16,985 nucleotides of DNA, taken from NCBI GenBank assembly GCA_024626585.2, contig JANKJI020000002.1, forward strand, positions 125,671,567 through 125,688,551, read 5' to 3'. Both the position numbers and the translations under genes were made by a program. Shown one piece after another: positions 1 to 10,499 of the stretch (its first letter is position 1; each line of letters starts with the position of its first letter). This DNA comes from Ginkgo biloba. Its lineage: Eukaryota > Plantae > Ginkgophyta. The notes below the pieces were generated by a model, which saw only the letters and a list, made by a program, of their open reading frames with translations, searched no databases and had not been told where the DNA came from.

Positions 1-1
1 T

Positions 2-1086
2 TTGTTTTATAAGATTGATATCTAGAACAATTGTTGTCAAATACGTGTAAATGCAAATGATATTGAAAAGATGACATTCAAAAGAAAGGATTGTCATTAT
101 AGATTCCTTGTTGTGCACTTTAGACTGGCAAATGCTCCTACTACATTTATGAGAATGATGAATGAAAAGCTTCACTAGTTCTTAGAGAAGTTTGTGGTAG
201 TTTTCTTAATGATATTCTAATTTGTAGAAAGTTAAATGACCAGCACCAGGAGCATATCAACACAATCTTATAGGTCCTTGGGGAGAACAAACTCTATGCT
301 AAAGCTTCCAAGTGGGACTTCATCAAGCACCAAATTAAATATATGGGTCAGATTATCAATATCAAAGGTAAATTTGATGATCCTAAGAAAAATTTATTAA
401 AAATTGGACTATTCCTCGAAATGTTCATGAAGTTAGAAGTTTGCTTAGACTTGCTACCTTCCATCAAGATTTGCTTTAAGCTTTCCCAATAGTTTCATGT
501 TTAACTGATTTGTTGAAGAAGAATAGTTAGCTTTGTGATAAAAAAAAACATCAAAAGAGTTTTAAAGCATTAAATCAAAAAATCATCGAGACCCCAATGC
601 TAGCACTACCAAATCCATTTAATCCCTTTGTGATGCGTAGAGATGCTAGTGGGCATGCCATTGGTTTAGTATTAATGCAAGATGGAAGGTGATTTTATAG
701 AAAGTGGAAAGATAAATCCACAAGAGCATAGGAACCCAATCTATGATCAAGAGCTATTAACTATCCTCCAAGCCATCAAACTTTGGAAGCGTTGCTTAAA
801 GAATAATGAGTTTGAGATAATTACTAACCATAAACCTTTGGTTTATTCTTTTTAATATTGTAAATAAACAAAATGTATAAAGGTTGAGACCGAATGACCG
901 ATCATCTATAAGAGTAAAGACAATTATGCAGTTGATGACACTTAGTTGGCCATGATTACTTGGTTTGTTTTTCACTGGCAAGCAAGTTGACTTGAAGGTT
1001 GCATAGTTGGTCTTTAGCGTGAGTTTTATTCAAAAGTGGTGTACAAGAAAGGAAAGCAAAATGTGGTACCAAACGCCTTGTTTAGG
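2..1086 (+). mobile_element. Degenerate Ty3/gypsy pol fragment (reverse transcriptase core + RNase H); integrase not visible
   Basis: Manual translation from base 2: LFYKIDI*NNCCQIRVNANDIEKMTFKRKDCHYRFLVVHFRLANAPTTFMRMMN..FVVV/FLNDILI..LGENKLYAKASKWDF, matching gypsy RT FSKIDL..MPFGLTNAPATF..YLDDILI..LYAK. RNase H: LALPNPFNPFVMRRDASGHAIGLVLMQDGR..YDQELLTILQAIKLWK..ITNHKPL..EFYSKVVYKKGKQNVVPNALFR. Several stops and frameshifts. Confidence 0.95.
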
Positions 1087-2344
1087 AGTCATTGGACCAA
1101 TACCATAATAATGTTGCACAATACCCTAGGAAAAGATAATTGCCAAGCCTAAAAGCATGATCACTATTGTAATGAGACAGTTGCTTCACTTGACTTGAGT
1201 TCAACACCTCAACATATGCTACAAGGAGTCTTAGTAGGATCATTGCAGCATGATAACAACATGTCGAAAACAATGACATAATGATACTAGAAACAACAAA
1301 AGAACACATTCATGGCAAATGGCATGGCAGCTTATTAAATGATGATATGGCAACATGATTGATAACATGGTAGTATGCCTGATGATGTGGTAGCACCTTA
1401 ATGATGACAACCCTAAATGACATAACATCAGCCGAAAAGAAGTCGCATTCATAACATTTATTATAGTCGTACAATGAAAAGTATAGTTGATATCAACCTA
1501 GCAAAGGCGCATGTATTGCAAGTTGACATCAACCCTACAACGCATCTATCAAGNNNNNNNNNNNNNNNNNNNNNNNNNNNNNNNNNNNNNNNNNNNNNNN
1601 NNNNNNNNNNNNNNNNNNNNNNNNNNNNNNNNNNNNNNNNNNNNNNNNNNNNNNNNNNNNNNNNNNNNNNNNNNNNNNNNNNNNNNNNNNNNNNNNNNNN
1701 NNNNNNNNNNNNNNNNNNNNNNNNNNNNNNNNNNNNNNNNNNNNNNNNNNNNNNNNNNNNNNNNNNNNNNNNNNNNNNNNNNNNNNNNNNNNNNNNNNNN
1801 NNNNNNNNNNNNNNNNNNNNNNNNNNNNNNNNNNNNNNNNNNNNNNNNNNNNNNNNNNNNNNNNNNNNNNNNNNNNNNNNNNNNNNNNNNNNNNNNNNNN
1901 NNNNNNNNNNNNNNNNNNNNNNNNNNNNNNNNNNNNNNNNNNNNNNNNNNNNNNNNNNNNNNNNNNNNNNNNNNNNNNNNNNNNNNNNNNNNNNNNNNNN
2001 NNNNNNNNNNNNNNNNNNNNNNNNNNNTAAATGAAGAGTCCTAGGGTTAGGGTTACGCCATTTCCTCTTGAAAATTCTTATCATTTGCATCTATGAAAAG
2101 AGAGAAGATATAACGAGGAGAGAGAATGGCGAATCTAGAGGTGGGAGCCAAGTTGTGTTTTATAGGGCTTGATGTGAAATTCCATTCCTTAACAAATGCA
2201 TTCATGTACTGTCTTTAATGAAGTAATAAATGGAGNNNNNNNNNNNNNNNNNNNNNNNNNNNNNNNNNNNNNNNNNNAATATTTCTATGATGATTTATGG
2301 TGATGAATGCACGTTCTAATCCTCATGAATGGTCACTAACTAAT

Positions 2345-3105
2345 TGTTGATAGTAGCCTCCATGCTGAGGTCCCCTTATTAATCAACATTTGGTTACATT
2401 GTTGGCACCTCACCAAAATTTTGAGGGAGAACAAATGCAAGTAACATTGAGGGATTCTAACTATTAGGCGAGGTCAATTGAGTGAATTGATGTTAGAATG
2501 ATGAACAACCCTGGGTATAGACGAAGTGATGTATTCTATTGCAACCCACCCATAGCCAAGGGGTCTTTTGATGCTGTCAAGAGGTTGAAAGGATGCGAAA
2601 ACAGTGTTGAAGAAAGAGATGAGGGCAATGAGGCATATTTGTTGGACAACAGAGTAGGAACTAGCCAAAAGAAGACAACCAAGTAAAATGGTTGATCAAT
2701 TGAAGCATAAAACAACTCATTAAGGTAGCTAACGCAAGGATGCCATGTCAAGGACCTAATTTTACTCAACATTTTCTTCCACTACCTAGACTTGTTAGAA
2801 TTTTGAGTGGAGAACAGACCTAGGTGGCATCGAGAGGAGATCCTAACTACTAAGAATGGTTGACCAAGCAAAGATGATGCCCTAATTACCCTAGTTACGG
2901 ACACAACAATAGGTTCTAACTAAACCCACCTATAGCCAAGGGGTCTCTTGAAATCGCCAAGAGGTCAAAAGGACACTAAACTAGTGCTAAAGAAAGAGAC
3001 GAGGACAACAAGACATATTCGATGGACGAAGGAGCACAAAGCAACCAAAAGAAGAGAGTTGAGTAAAACGGTTGATCAATTGAAGCATAAAACAACTCAT
3101 AAAGG
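2345..3105 (+). repeat. Diverged tandem duplication, two units of ~380 bp (~2345-2725 and ~2726-3105)
   Basis: Collinear anchors at offset 380-383: ccatg..tcaacattt (2360/2743), aattttgag(t)ggagaaca (2417/2799), accct (2508/2888), aacccacc(c/t)atagccaaggggtct (2543/2923), agtaaaa(t/c)ggttgatcaattgaagcataaaacaactcat (ending 2720/3100). Confidence 0.9.
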
Positions 3106-3189
3106 AGAAAATGCAAGAATGTCGAGGCTCTGGGAAAAATCGTGGAGGACATCTTGCAGGGAGCAAGGAGTTGTAACAACACTCACCTT

Positions 3190-3670
3190 TACCAAAAAGA
3201 TGTAATAGAGGAGGAACTACATCCAATGCTGAGAAAATAGCCCCAAACAAAAACAAAAACAAAACAAAGGAGATAAGATCAAAAGTGATAGAAGAAGAAA
3301 ATATATGGCAAAGTCCCAACCTCAATGCGAAGGTAGGAGAAGACCCACTAGTATTCAAAGGGAAGACTCCATCAATTTTGAAGATATTTGCCACAATACA
3401 AACTGAACAACTATCAAGCATACTTATAGAAGATATTACTTGCAATCCAACTTCAAACGAGTCAAGGCAAAATTCACCCATTAGGATGTATCAATCTAAA
3501 ACCCCCTATAGCATACGTATAAAATTTAAATGCATTGTATAGAAGCACTACCACCTTTTGAGTTTCTAAGCCACTAGCAAAAATCAACTTCGGGAGAGTA
3601 TACAAAGAACTTTTGTCCTAGTTGATGAAAAGTAGGAAGCAAGGGACAGAACTAGCACCTCCAAAAACCT
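3190..3670 (+). mobile_element. Fragment of pre-gag/gag N-terminal region of an LTR retrotransposon related to the element starting at 6312
   Basis: ORF 3285-3542 contains SPNLNAKVGEDP; ORF 7148-7486 contains SSVLHAKVGEDP. DNA: aatgcgaaggtaggagaagaccc (3324-3346) vs catgcaaaggtaggcgaagaccc (7328-7350). Ends at a 100-N gap. Confidence 0.55.
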
Positions 3671-5225
3671 NNNNNNNNNNNNNNNNNNNNNNNNNNNNNN
3701 NNNNNNNNNNNNNNNNNNNNNNNNNNNNNNNNNNNNNNNNNNNNNNNNNNNNNNNNNNNNNNNNNNNNNNTAACATGTGATTTAAATAATAAATCACTTC
3801 ATTTAATTAGAAAGAAGTTGAGTCAATTTGAATTTGAAACGGCCAAGGACATGTTTAAATGTCTTGTCCTCCATTTGAATATTGTACTTTGAATTGCTCT
3901 AAATAAAACTTCATTGCTTTCCTTTTGTCTTCTCCTCCAGTTTCAGATCTACAATTGTTTTCACACACTAGGATTGTACTCGCCTAGTCTTCATTTTTAA
4001 TCATATGGGATTTAGAAGTGTAAGGCTCCTTTAAGAAGTTGTGCCTACAAGTGAACCATTTCTGAACATTATCTATTCACACATTCTATCAGTCTCTCTT
4101 CATTTGCAAATATTATATTCTGTGAGTATATGTTGTTATCATTGTGTGTGGTTCATATGCATTTTCAGAATCTTGTGATTTTCTATTTATTATCGTGTGT
4201 AAGCAAAAGTAGTGGTTTGAGAGCTGAATATTCTGGTTAATGTCTTGCTGGAACAATCTAATTTTAGGGTTCAACTCTCAGAAATTTTAAGTCTGTTACA
4301 GATTTAATGAAGAACTGGTACAAATCCAGATGTAAGTTGCCAACAAGTACCACTTTCAATTATGATCAACCCTTCATCAAGGGCTAGAAGTTAAGTGGAG
4401 GATGGCAAGGCAACATGTGTCAGCATGGGGGATCTAAGATGCGGCAGTGCATGTGTTTCAGACATGTCAATTTCCAGAAAAATGTTGGATGAAACATGAA
4501 AAAGTGGCATTGCTTTTTCTTTGGGTTCCCACACTGAAAGATGGCACCACTGGGGAGGTACTATTTAAGGGCCTTTCTCCTTCTAATGCATGCAATTTGC
4601 TTCTGCACATTGGATAAAATACTGCAGTTCAGATGTTAAACTTTTTTGAAGAAAAGTTAGAAGAGCCCTTAGATTCATTTTGACTCAAGATTCAGATATA
4701 TATGTATGTATGTTATATCCTGCAACAAAGAGTTACAATATTCAAATAGTATGACTAACCGGATGTCAAGTATAATGGGGATCTTGCATTGACACTCCCA
4801 TCCAGAGGAGAGTGATGCTTGACACTGCATACTTGAGATTTGATGGATGGGTGGTGGAGCCTAAGGTTTTTGTTTTAGGAAGATTTGAGTAAGCTTTAAA
4901 TTACCTTGCTGTACTCTGATTGTGTAGGGTAGTAGAATGTTTTGTGTTGGCATAAGGTTTGCAGATTCTGGAATTGCACATTTAGGCCCTGAAGGGTTTG
5001 CGCATATGAGATATTGTACTAATATGATGAAGCATTTTCAATTTGGAATAAAGAACGATTTGACATGGATTGCCTAGGCTGATTCATCCTTTGTATAAAC
5101 AAGGATAATTTTAATTTCATTGCTGTAGAACCAATGTTTGTAACTTGAACACAAATTGGTTCTTTGCTGATCTGATAAATTATGCACAGTGATTGAAGGT
5201 TTATTGTGTAAAATGAAGAACTCAC

Positions 5226-5273
5226 ATGTATAACAAGCGCAGGACATTTCACATGTCGAATCTTATCAATATT
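5226..5273 (-). CDS. 48-bp internal exon of an ABHD17-like alpha/beta hydrolase (plant ABAPT acyl-protein thioesterase family)
   Basis: Minus strand reads tttgcag|AAT ATT GAT AAG ATT CGA CAT GTG AAA TGT CCT GCG CTT GTT ATA CAT|gtgagt: canonical AG/GT, phase 0/0, peptide NIDKIRHVKCPALVIH. This matches the plant ABHD17 segment (FDIYK)NIDKIxxVxCPVLVIH(GTxD). Flanking exons are not seen in the non-N sequence. Confidence 0.88.
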
Positions 5274-6311
5274 CTGCAAATCCAAATCANNNNNNNNNNN
5301 NNNNNNNNNNNNNNNNNNNNNNNNNNNNNNNNNNNNNNNNNNNNNNNNNNNNNNNNNNNNNNNNNNNNNNNNNNNNNNNNNNNNNNNNNNNNNNNNNNNN
5401 NNNNNNNNNNNNNNNNNNNNNNNNNNNNNNNNNNNNNNNNNNNNNNNNNNNNNNNNNNNNNNNNNNNNNNNNNNNNNNNNNNNNNNNNNNNNNNNNNNNN
5501 NNNNNNNNNNNNNNNNNNNNNNNNNNNNNNNNNNNNNNNNNNNNNNNNNNNNNNNNNNNNNNNNNNNNNNNNNNNNNNNNNNNNNNNNNNNNNNNNNNNN
5601 NNNNNNNNNNNNNNNNNNNNNNNNNNNNNNNNNNNNNNNNNNNNNNNNNNNNNNNNNNNNNNNNNNNNNNNNNNNNNNNNNNNNNNNNNNNNNNNNNNNN
5701 NNNNNNNNNNNNNNNNNNNNNNNNNNNNNNNNNNNNNNNNNNNNNNNNNNNNNNNNNNNNNNNNNNNNNNNNNNNNNNNNNNNNNNNNNNNNNNNNNNNN
5801 NNNNNNNNNNNNNNNNNNNNNNNNNNNNNNNNNNNNNNNNNNNNNNNNNNNNNNNNNNNNNNNNNNNNNNNNNNNNNNNNNNNNNNNNNNNNNNNNNNNN
5901 NNNNNNNNNNNNNNNNNNNNNNNNNNNNNNNNNNNNNNNNNNNNNNNNNNNNNNNNNNNNNNNNNNNNNNNNNNNNNNNNNNNNNNNNNNNNNNNNNNNN
6001 NNNNNNNNNNNNNNNNNNNNNNNNNNNNNNNNNNNNNNNNNNNNNNNNNNNNNNNGCTTTATGGCTTATGTTTTGCAAGTGAGATAATGCCATTCTTTGA
6101 AAACATGGCAAATAGTTTGCAGTTCCTAGCCACTAACTACTAAATCCAATCCAACTTAAAAGAGCATTAAACAGTTGCATTCAGACTTGGAACCCTGTCT
6201 CTGATTCTTATGAACTGATGTATCTCAACTATCCCACCTATTTTCCCTATACTACAAAATTCCCTTCCACCACTGATATGGGGATCCTATTGTAATTTCT
6301 TTTTACCAATT

Positions 6312-6863
6312 TGTTTGCTAGAGTTTTGACACCTAGTTATTGGTTGCAACAAGAACATCAAATGTCAGTTGTAATGTGATCAGCGGTCTATCATCTCAAA
6401 AGACAGTTGTTGGTTGTGTCAAGAAGTCCACAACCAGTCGCAGCAGAATCAACATTATCAATCGCAAGAACAAATAGCCGAACAACTGGATTTAGTTTGT
6501 ATAAATAATCAATAGTTAGCATAGTAGTTAGAATAGCAAATAGACATGACCCTAGCAAGATCGCTTGTCAAAATACACTTTGTACATTATAAATACATGT
6601 AAGCCATAAGACCTGGATCATCTATCTTGTATCAAATATAATTCATAAATGCAATTGTTCTCTTATTCATTCTGTGTGTTATATTTGCATATGACCATGA
6701 ATGATTCTTAGAACATCACACATCATTAGCCAACATTAACAGTGCCTCAAACTCTATAATGTAGATCTGTTCTTGAAAGCAGTAGTCCTACTATTCCCAT
6801 CTCTTAGAGACTGTTCACACCCTAGCAATGTACCCTTTACTGTGACACATTTTACAGTAAACA
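6312..6863 (+). repeat. Putative 5' LTR (~550 bp) of an Athila/Tat-like gypsy element
   Basis: Starts TGTTTGCT and ends AGTAAACA (TG..CA, 7/8 terminal inverted repeat). Internal TATAAATA at 6588-6595. Directly followed by a TGG-starting PBS-like site, then gag. No partner LTR visible. Confidence 0.65.
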
Positions 6864-6864
6864 T

Positions 6865-6877
6865 TGGTTCCATTACC
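6865..6877 (+). other. Degenerate primer-binding site
   Basis: tggttccattacc, 1 nt after the LTR end; 9/13 identical to the Athila-type tRNA-Asp PBS TGGCGCCGTTGCC, with 3 of the 4 differences being transitions. Confidence 0.45.
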
Positions 6878-7604
6878 TTCAAACAAATCTAATTGGGTTT
6901 TCTTGGAGAGTCAATCAATTCAGATGTTATTCTGGCTGCATTATTGGTAACCCTAGCTGTCACGAAGGTAGTAGCTTTCTACTAAACCTCCTAGGATAGC
7001 CAGGGGTCTTCGTCATGCTGCCTAAGGAGCAACCTATAGTGGATCCGCAAACAGAACATCGGAAGAATAAAAAGCAGCAGAAATTGGCATAGGCCATGAA
7101 AATGTATTCTNNNNNNNNNNNAAAAGAAATCGACAAAGGGTGAAAGCTTGACCTCTCAAACAAGGGCAAGTAGTAGCACAGCCAAAGGGCCAAAGGAGAA
7201 GGAGAAGACAATACCCAAATTACAAATGCCTGCAACAAAAAAGGAGGACAAAAAACCTAATTTTCCAATAGAAGAAAGTACCCAAACACTGCAGGAATCT
7301 AATAAGGAAGCAATTAGCTCGGTGCTTCATGCAAAGGTAGGCGAAGACCCCTCAGCTAAGAACACTAATTGTAAAACTCTGATTGCACTACTCCACAACC
7401 TCTTAGCCCAGAAACTTCAGAACACTGTAATTCAGCAACACAAAATGTTGAGTTGGAGAAACTTTTCAGGAAAATTCCAGAAATAGTGACACCTTTATCC
7501 ATATAGAAAAACCCACTATTTGCAATGGCGAATCTTGAAGATAATGCAAGAACAAATCAACCCTGCATTGCAATACAGAATGACAATGTTTCACTAATCT
7601 GCAC

Positions 7605-8690
7605 TACAATGGCATAGGGGAACCTTATGCCCATTTGACTCTATTTAAGAATATTTTGGAATTGGAAAACATCACTAACGAATAAGAAATCAAGGCTTGC
7701 TTTTCCAACACCCTAGGAGGGCCAACGATCGCATGATATCAATATGTAATCTTAAATGACCCAACTTGGGACCAACTCCAAACCTTATTTTTGGACCAAT
7801 TTCAGAAGTTGCGGGATCCCTTGACTATTTTCCAAGCCCTTGAATAGCTATGGCAACAAACTAGGGGAATCTATTAAAGATTACGATAGACAGATACAAA
7901 TATTATTAAATAAGTTTCAAATCGAGGACATACCCTCACCACTGCACCTTCTAAAAATCTTTGTACAAGGACTATTATCCCATGTACGGAACTTAGTCAA
8001 AATGCATCCCATGCAGACTTATGAACAAGCTCAAGATCTTTCTATCAAATTGGAAAATCAACTGGGCAATACTAGTCCTTGCTACGCTATGAGTAACATG
8101 GCCCTAGCCCAAGATTTGGAAATAGGGCTATTACAACACAAATTATTTGCCTTAGAATACAAACAACAACGAATTGACCCTGTGGCAAAGCACCTTCATG
8201 TAGAAATAGCAAAGCTCCAACAAAAGACATCACCAACAAATCACAGTGACGTATGGTGTCCAACACCTATAATCAACAAAGGACATTTGCATAACGAACA
8301 TCTAGAAGAATAGTCAGTATTAGTATTAGAATAATGGTGCAACATTAGCAAAGTGGACTTTCATAGTACCAAAACATGTTATTACAACCAGAGAAGCCAA
8401 GTAGGGCCAAAAGCAAGTCAGAAGGGTATAGAGGATGTGGTACGCACAAAATGTACTACCAAAGACCCAGTAACTCACCTCAACAATACCGAATGTGGGA
8501 AGGAAACACTAAACCAATACGTTGCCACTTATGTCTACAATGGGGGCATACTCGTGCAAAATGTACTATGTCAAAGAATAGAGGCAAGTTTGTGTTCGAG
8601 GAGTGTGGTCTGGGCAATCACAAATGGGATAACTCTAACAATAATCCTAAGAACAAGACTTAAAGATCAAATCTAGCCAGTTTAGTCCCA
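7605..8690 (+). pseudogene. gag: gag (Retrotrans_gag capsid domain + CCHC zinc knuckles), disrupted
   Basis: YNGIGEPYAHLTLFKNIL..FSNTLGGPTIA*Y..PTWDQLQTLFLDQF..(frameshift) LGESIKDYDRQI..FVQGL; intact knuckle CHLCLQWGHTRAKC at 8523-8564. Confidence 0.88.
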
Positions 8691-9116
8691 GACCCCATAG
8701 TATCCCTCAATTTATAGACACAACATTTAAAAACAACNNNNNNNNNNNNNNNNNNNNNNNNNNNNNNNNNNNNNNNNNNNNNNNNNNNNNNNAAACAATT
8801 TAGCAAACAATTAGGGAACTTGAACCTCCTCCTGCATCATCACCAAAGTAAAATAACAGAACTAAAAAAGACACTACCACCAAAGATAGGACCACAAGTA
8901 TACCAACGGAAGCAGATAGTGCCTACCATTGTAGGCCTACCAACTTCCATTCAATCAACCATGAATCACCAACAAAAGATTGAACTCCTACAACAACTAT
9001 GTACAAGGCTTAATATAAACATACCATTGGTGTTAGTTATCAAATGGTAGAAGAAAGTAGTACTCCCAACCAACCACGACCACACAAGAAAAACCACAAG
9101 ATTAGCTAATCAAATA

Positions 9117-9460
9117 GATGAAGACCCAAAAGTACCTATCCAAATTTTCGACCACATGGTTAAGAAAGCAACCGTGGATAGCGGGTCAAGCATAAATGTA
9201 TTACCAAAATCTACATGAATCGAATTAGACAAACCTGTGTGCATACTACCAAACTATTGCATACATTTGGTTTATCAACCCATGAATCAACCATTGGGTA
9301 CACTCACGGAGATACCAATTACTGTCGAGGGGGTCATTGTGAAATAAGATTTCACCATCATGCACATTGAACCAAACGCATTCTATCTGGCATTATTAGG
9401 ACGATAATGGCTTCATGTTATAGGAGTCCAAGATTAAGGAAAAGGGACCTTCATTGTCTA
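9117..9460 (+). pseudogene. Retropepsin-like aspartic protease, disrupted
   Basis: DEDPKVPIQIFDHMVKKATVDSGSSINVLPKST*..PLGTLTEIPITVEGVIVKIDFTIM..YLALLGR*WL..QD*GKG; catalytic DSG at 9177-9185 and an LLGRxWL motif. Confidence 0.9.
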
Positions 9461-9744
9461 CAGCAATGGTCAACATGTTTGCATACCCCTTGTTTCACAC
9501 GAACCCCAAGTAGGAAAAGTCATGGACTACAATATAGTGCAAAATAAGAACTCAGTTGGCATTGCCTCTAGCACAACTATCACCACTAATAACAACTACC
9601 AATTCACATTTGAATCAACTTATCAAGCCATAAATGATCTTCTTNNNNNNNNNNNNNNNNNNNNNNNNNNNNNNNNNNNNNNNNNNNNNNNNNNNNNNNN
9701 NNNNNNNNNNNNNNNNNNNNNNNNNNNNNNNNNNNNNNNNNNNN

Positions 9745-10073
9745 TCTCTTTCTTTCTCTTATTCTTAAAATCTCTTGGATTCTTATTATCTTTAAAATCT
9801 AGCTTGCAAATTCTATTCAAGTGAATATGCAAGTAGCATAATATTTTGTCAAACTTTTCATTTTGATCTATGTGCACGATTTCACATGTTTTTGGTAGTG
9901 ACTTAGTTAATTTTTGGGTTATAGGGAGAATTGTACGATGTAGGAGAAATCGCCATGCCATAGTTCAAAAAACCCACCACGTCATCTGAGATCGCATCGC
10001 ATTTTTCTTAGAGAGATTGATTTTGAGTTTGGAAAAAATATTTAGTTATAGAGGGGACAACTAGGGTCGTACA
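9745..10073. repeat. Probable terminus of another (nested) LTR
   Basis: Non-coding, T-rich segment ending gaggggacaactagggtcgtaca, resembling the GGGTCGT(T)ACA terminus common in plant gypsy LTRs. The other end is lost in the gap. Confidence 0.35.
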
Positions 10074-10499
10074 TAGATAAAGAAGTTTGTTGATTAGTTC
10101 AAATAGTAATATGTTCGCCTTGAGTATTCTTGAGTTTTTATTTTCTTCAACATTGTTAAAGAGTTCGCTTTGAGAATTCTTTCGTCAAGAGTACATTAAC
10201 TTGCATTACTTAAAATAATAAAAATCATTATAATATACCTAACCATATTAATCATAAAGAAACGTGACAAATACCATTATTATCTAGAATGGGGGCATGA
10301 CTCGTTATAACACAATATCTACACTACATCATAATTACTAAATGATGCATTAGATATAAAATTAAATTTCCATTCCAATTGATAACAAAATAATCAAGTA
10401 AGAAGGAAGCAACCAAGAGAAAAGGATAGCAACTGAAGGAAAATAGTGTAATAGTCGATTAATCCTAGAGAAAATATGGGTTTTTAATATCAAAGTATC

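Larger units (their letters stand above)
6312..9644 (+). mobile_element. Decayed non-chromoviral Ty3/gypsy (Athila/Tat-like) LTR retrotransposon, 5' half (LTR-PBS-leader-gag-protease)
   Basis: Correct order and orientation of LTR, PBS, Retrotrans_gag, CCHC knuckles and aspartic protease. Sequence breaks at the 100-N gap 9645-9744, where RT/RH/INT would follow. Confidence 0.85.

Noticed and set aside
2042-2055. TAGGGTTAGGGTTA as interstitial telomere
   Set aside because: Only about two units; such telo-box-like words are common in plant promoters and TEs.
1461-2090. Long ORFs in the track spanning N-runs (also 5226-6143, 9522-9961, 11497-11743, 13606-13849, 15137-15535)
   Set aside because: Their length is an artefact of undetermined bases.
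2987-3481. 164-aa minus-strand ORF
   Set aside because: Antisense shadow of the A-rich plus-strand retroelement frame; no recognisable motif.
4700-4904. Further minus-strand exon chain (4760-4860 and an acceptor near 4720)
   Set aside because: Would need introns of only ~40-44 nt and gives no ABHD17-like peptide.
5019-5285. 88-aa ORF as a complete gene
   Set aside because: Only the 16 codons between splice sites match ABHD17; the rest is intron read-through.
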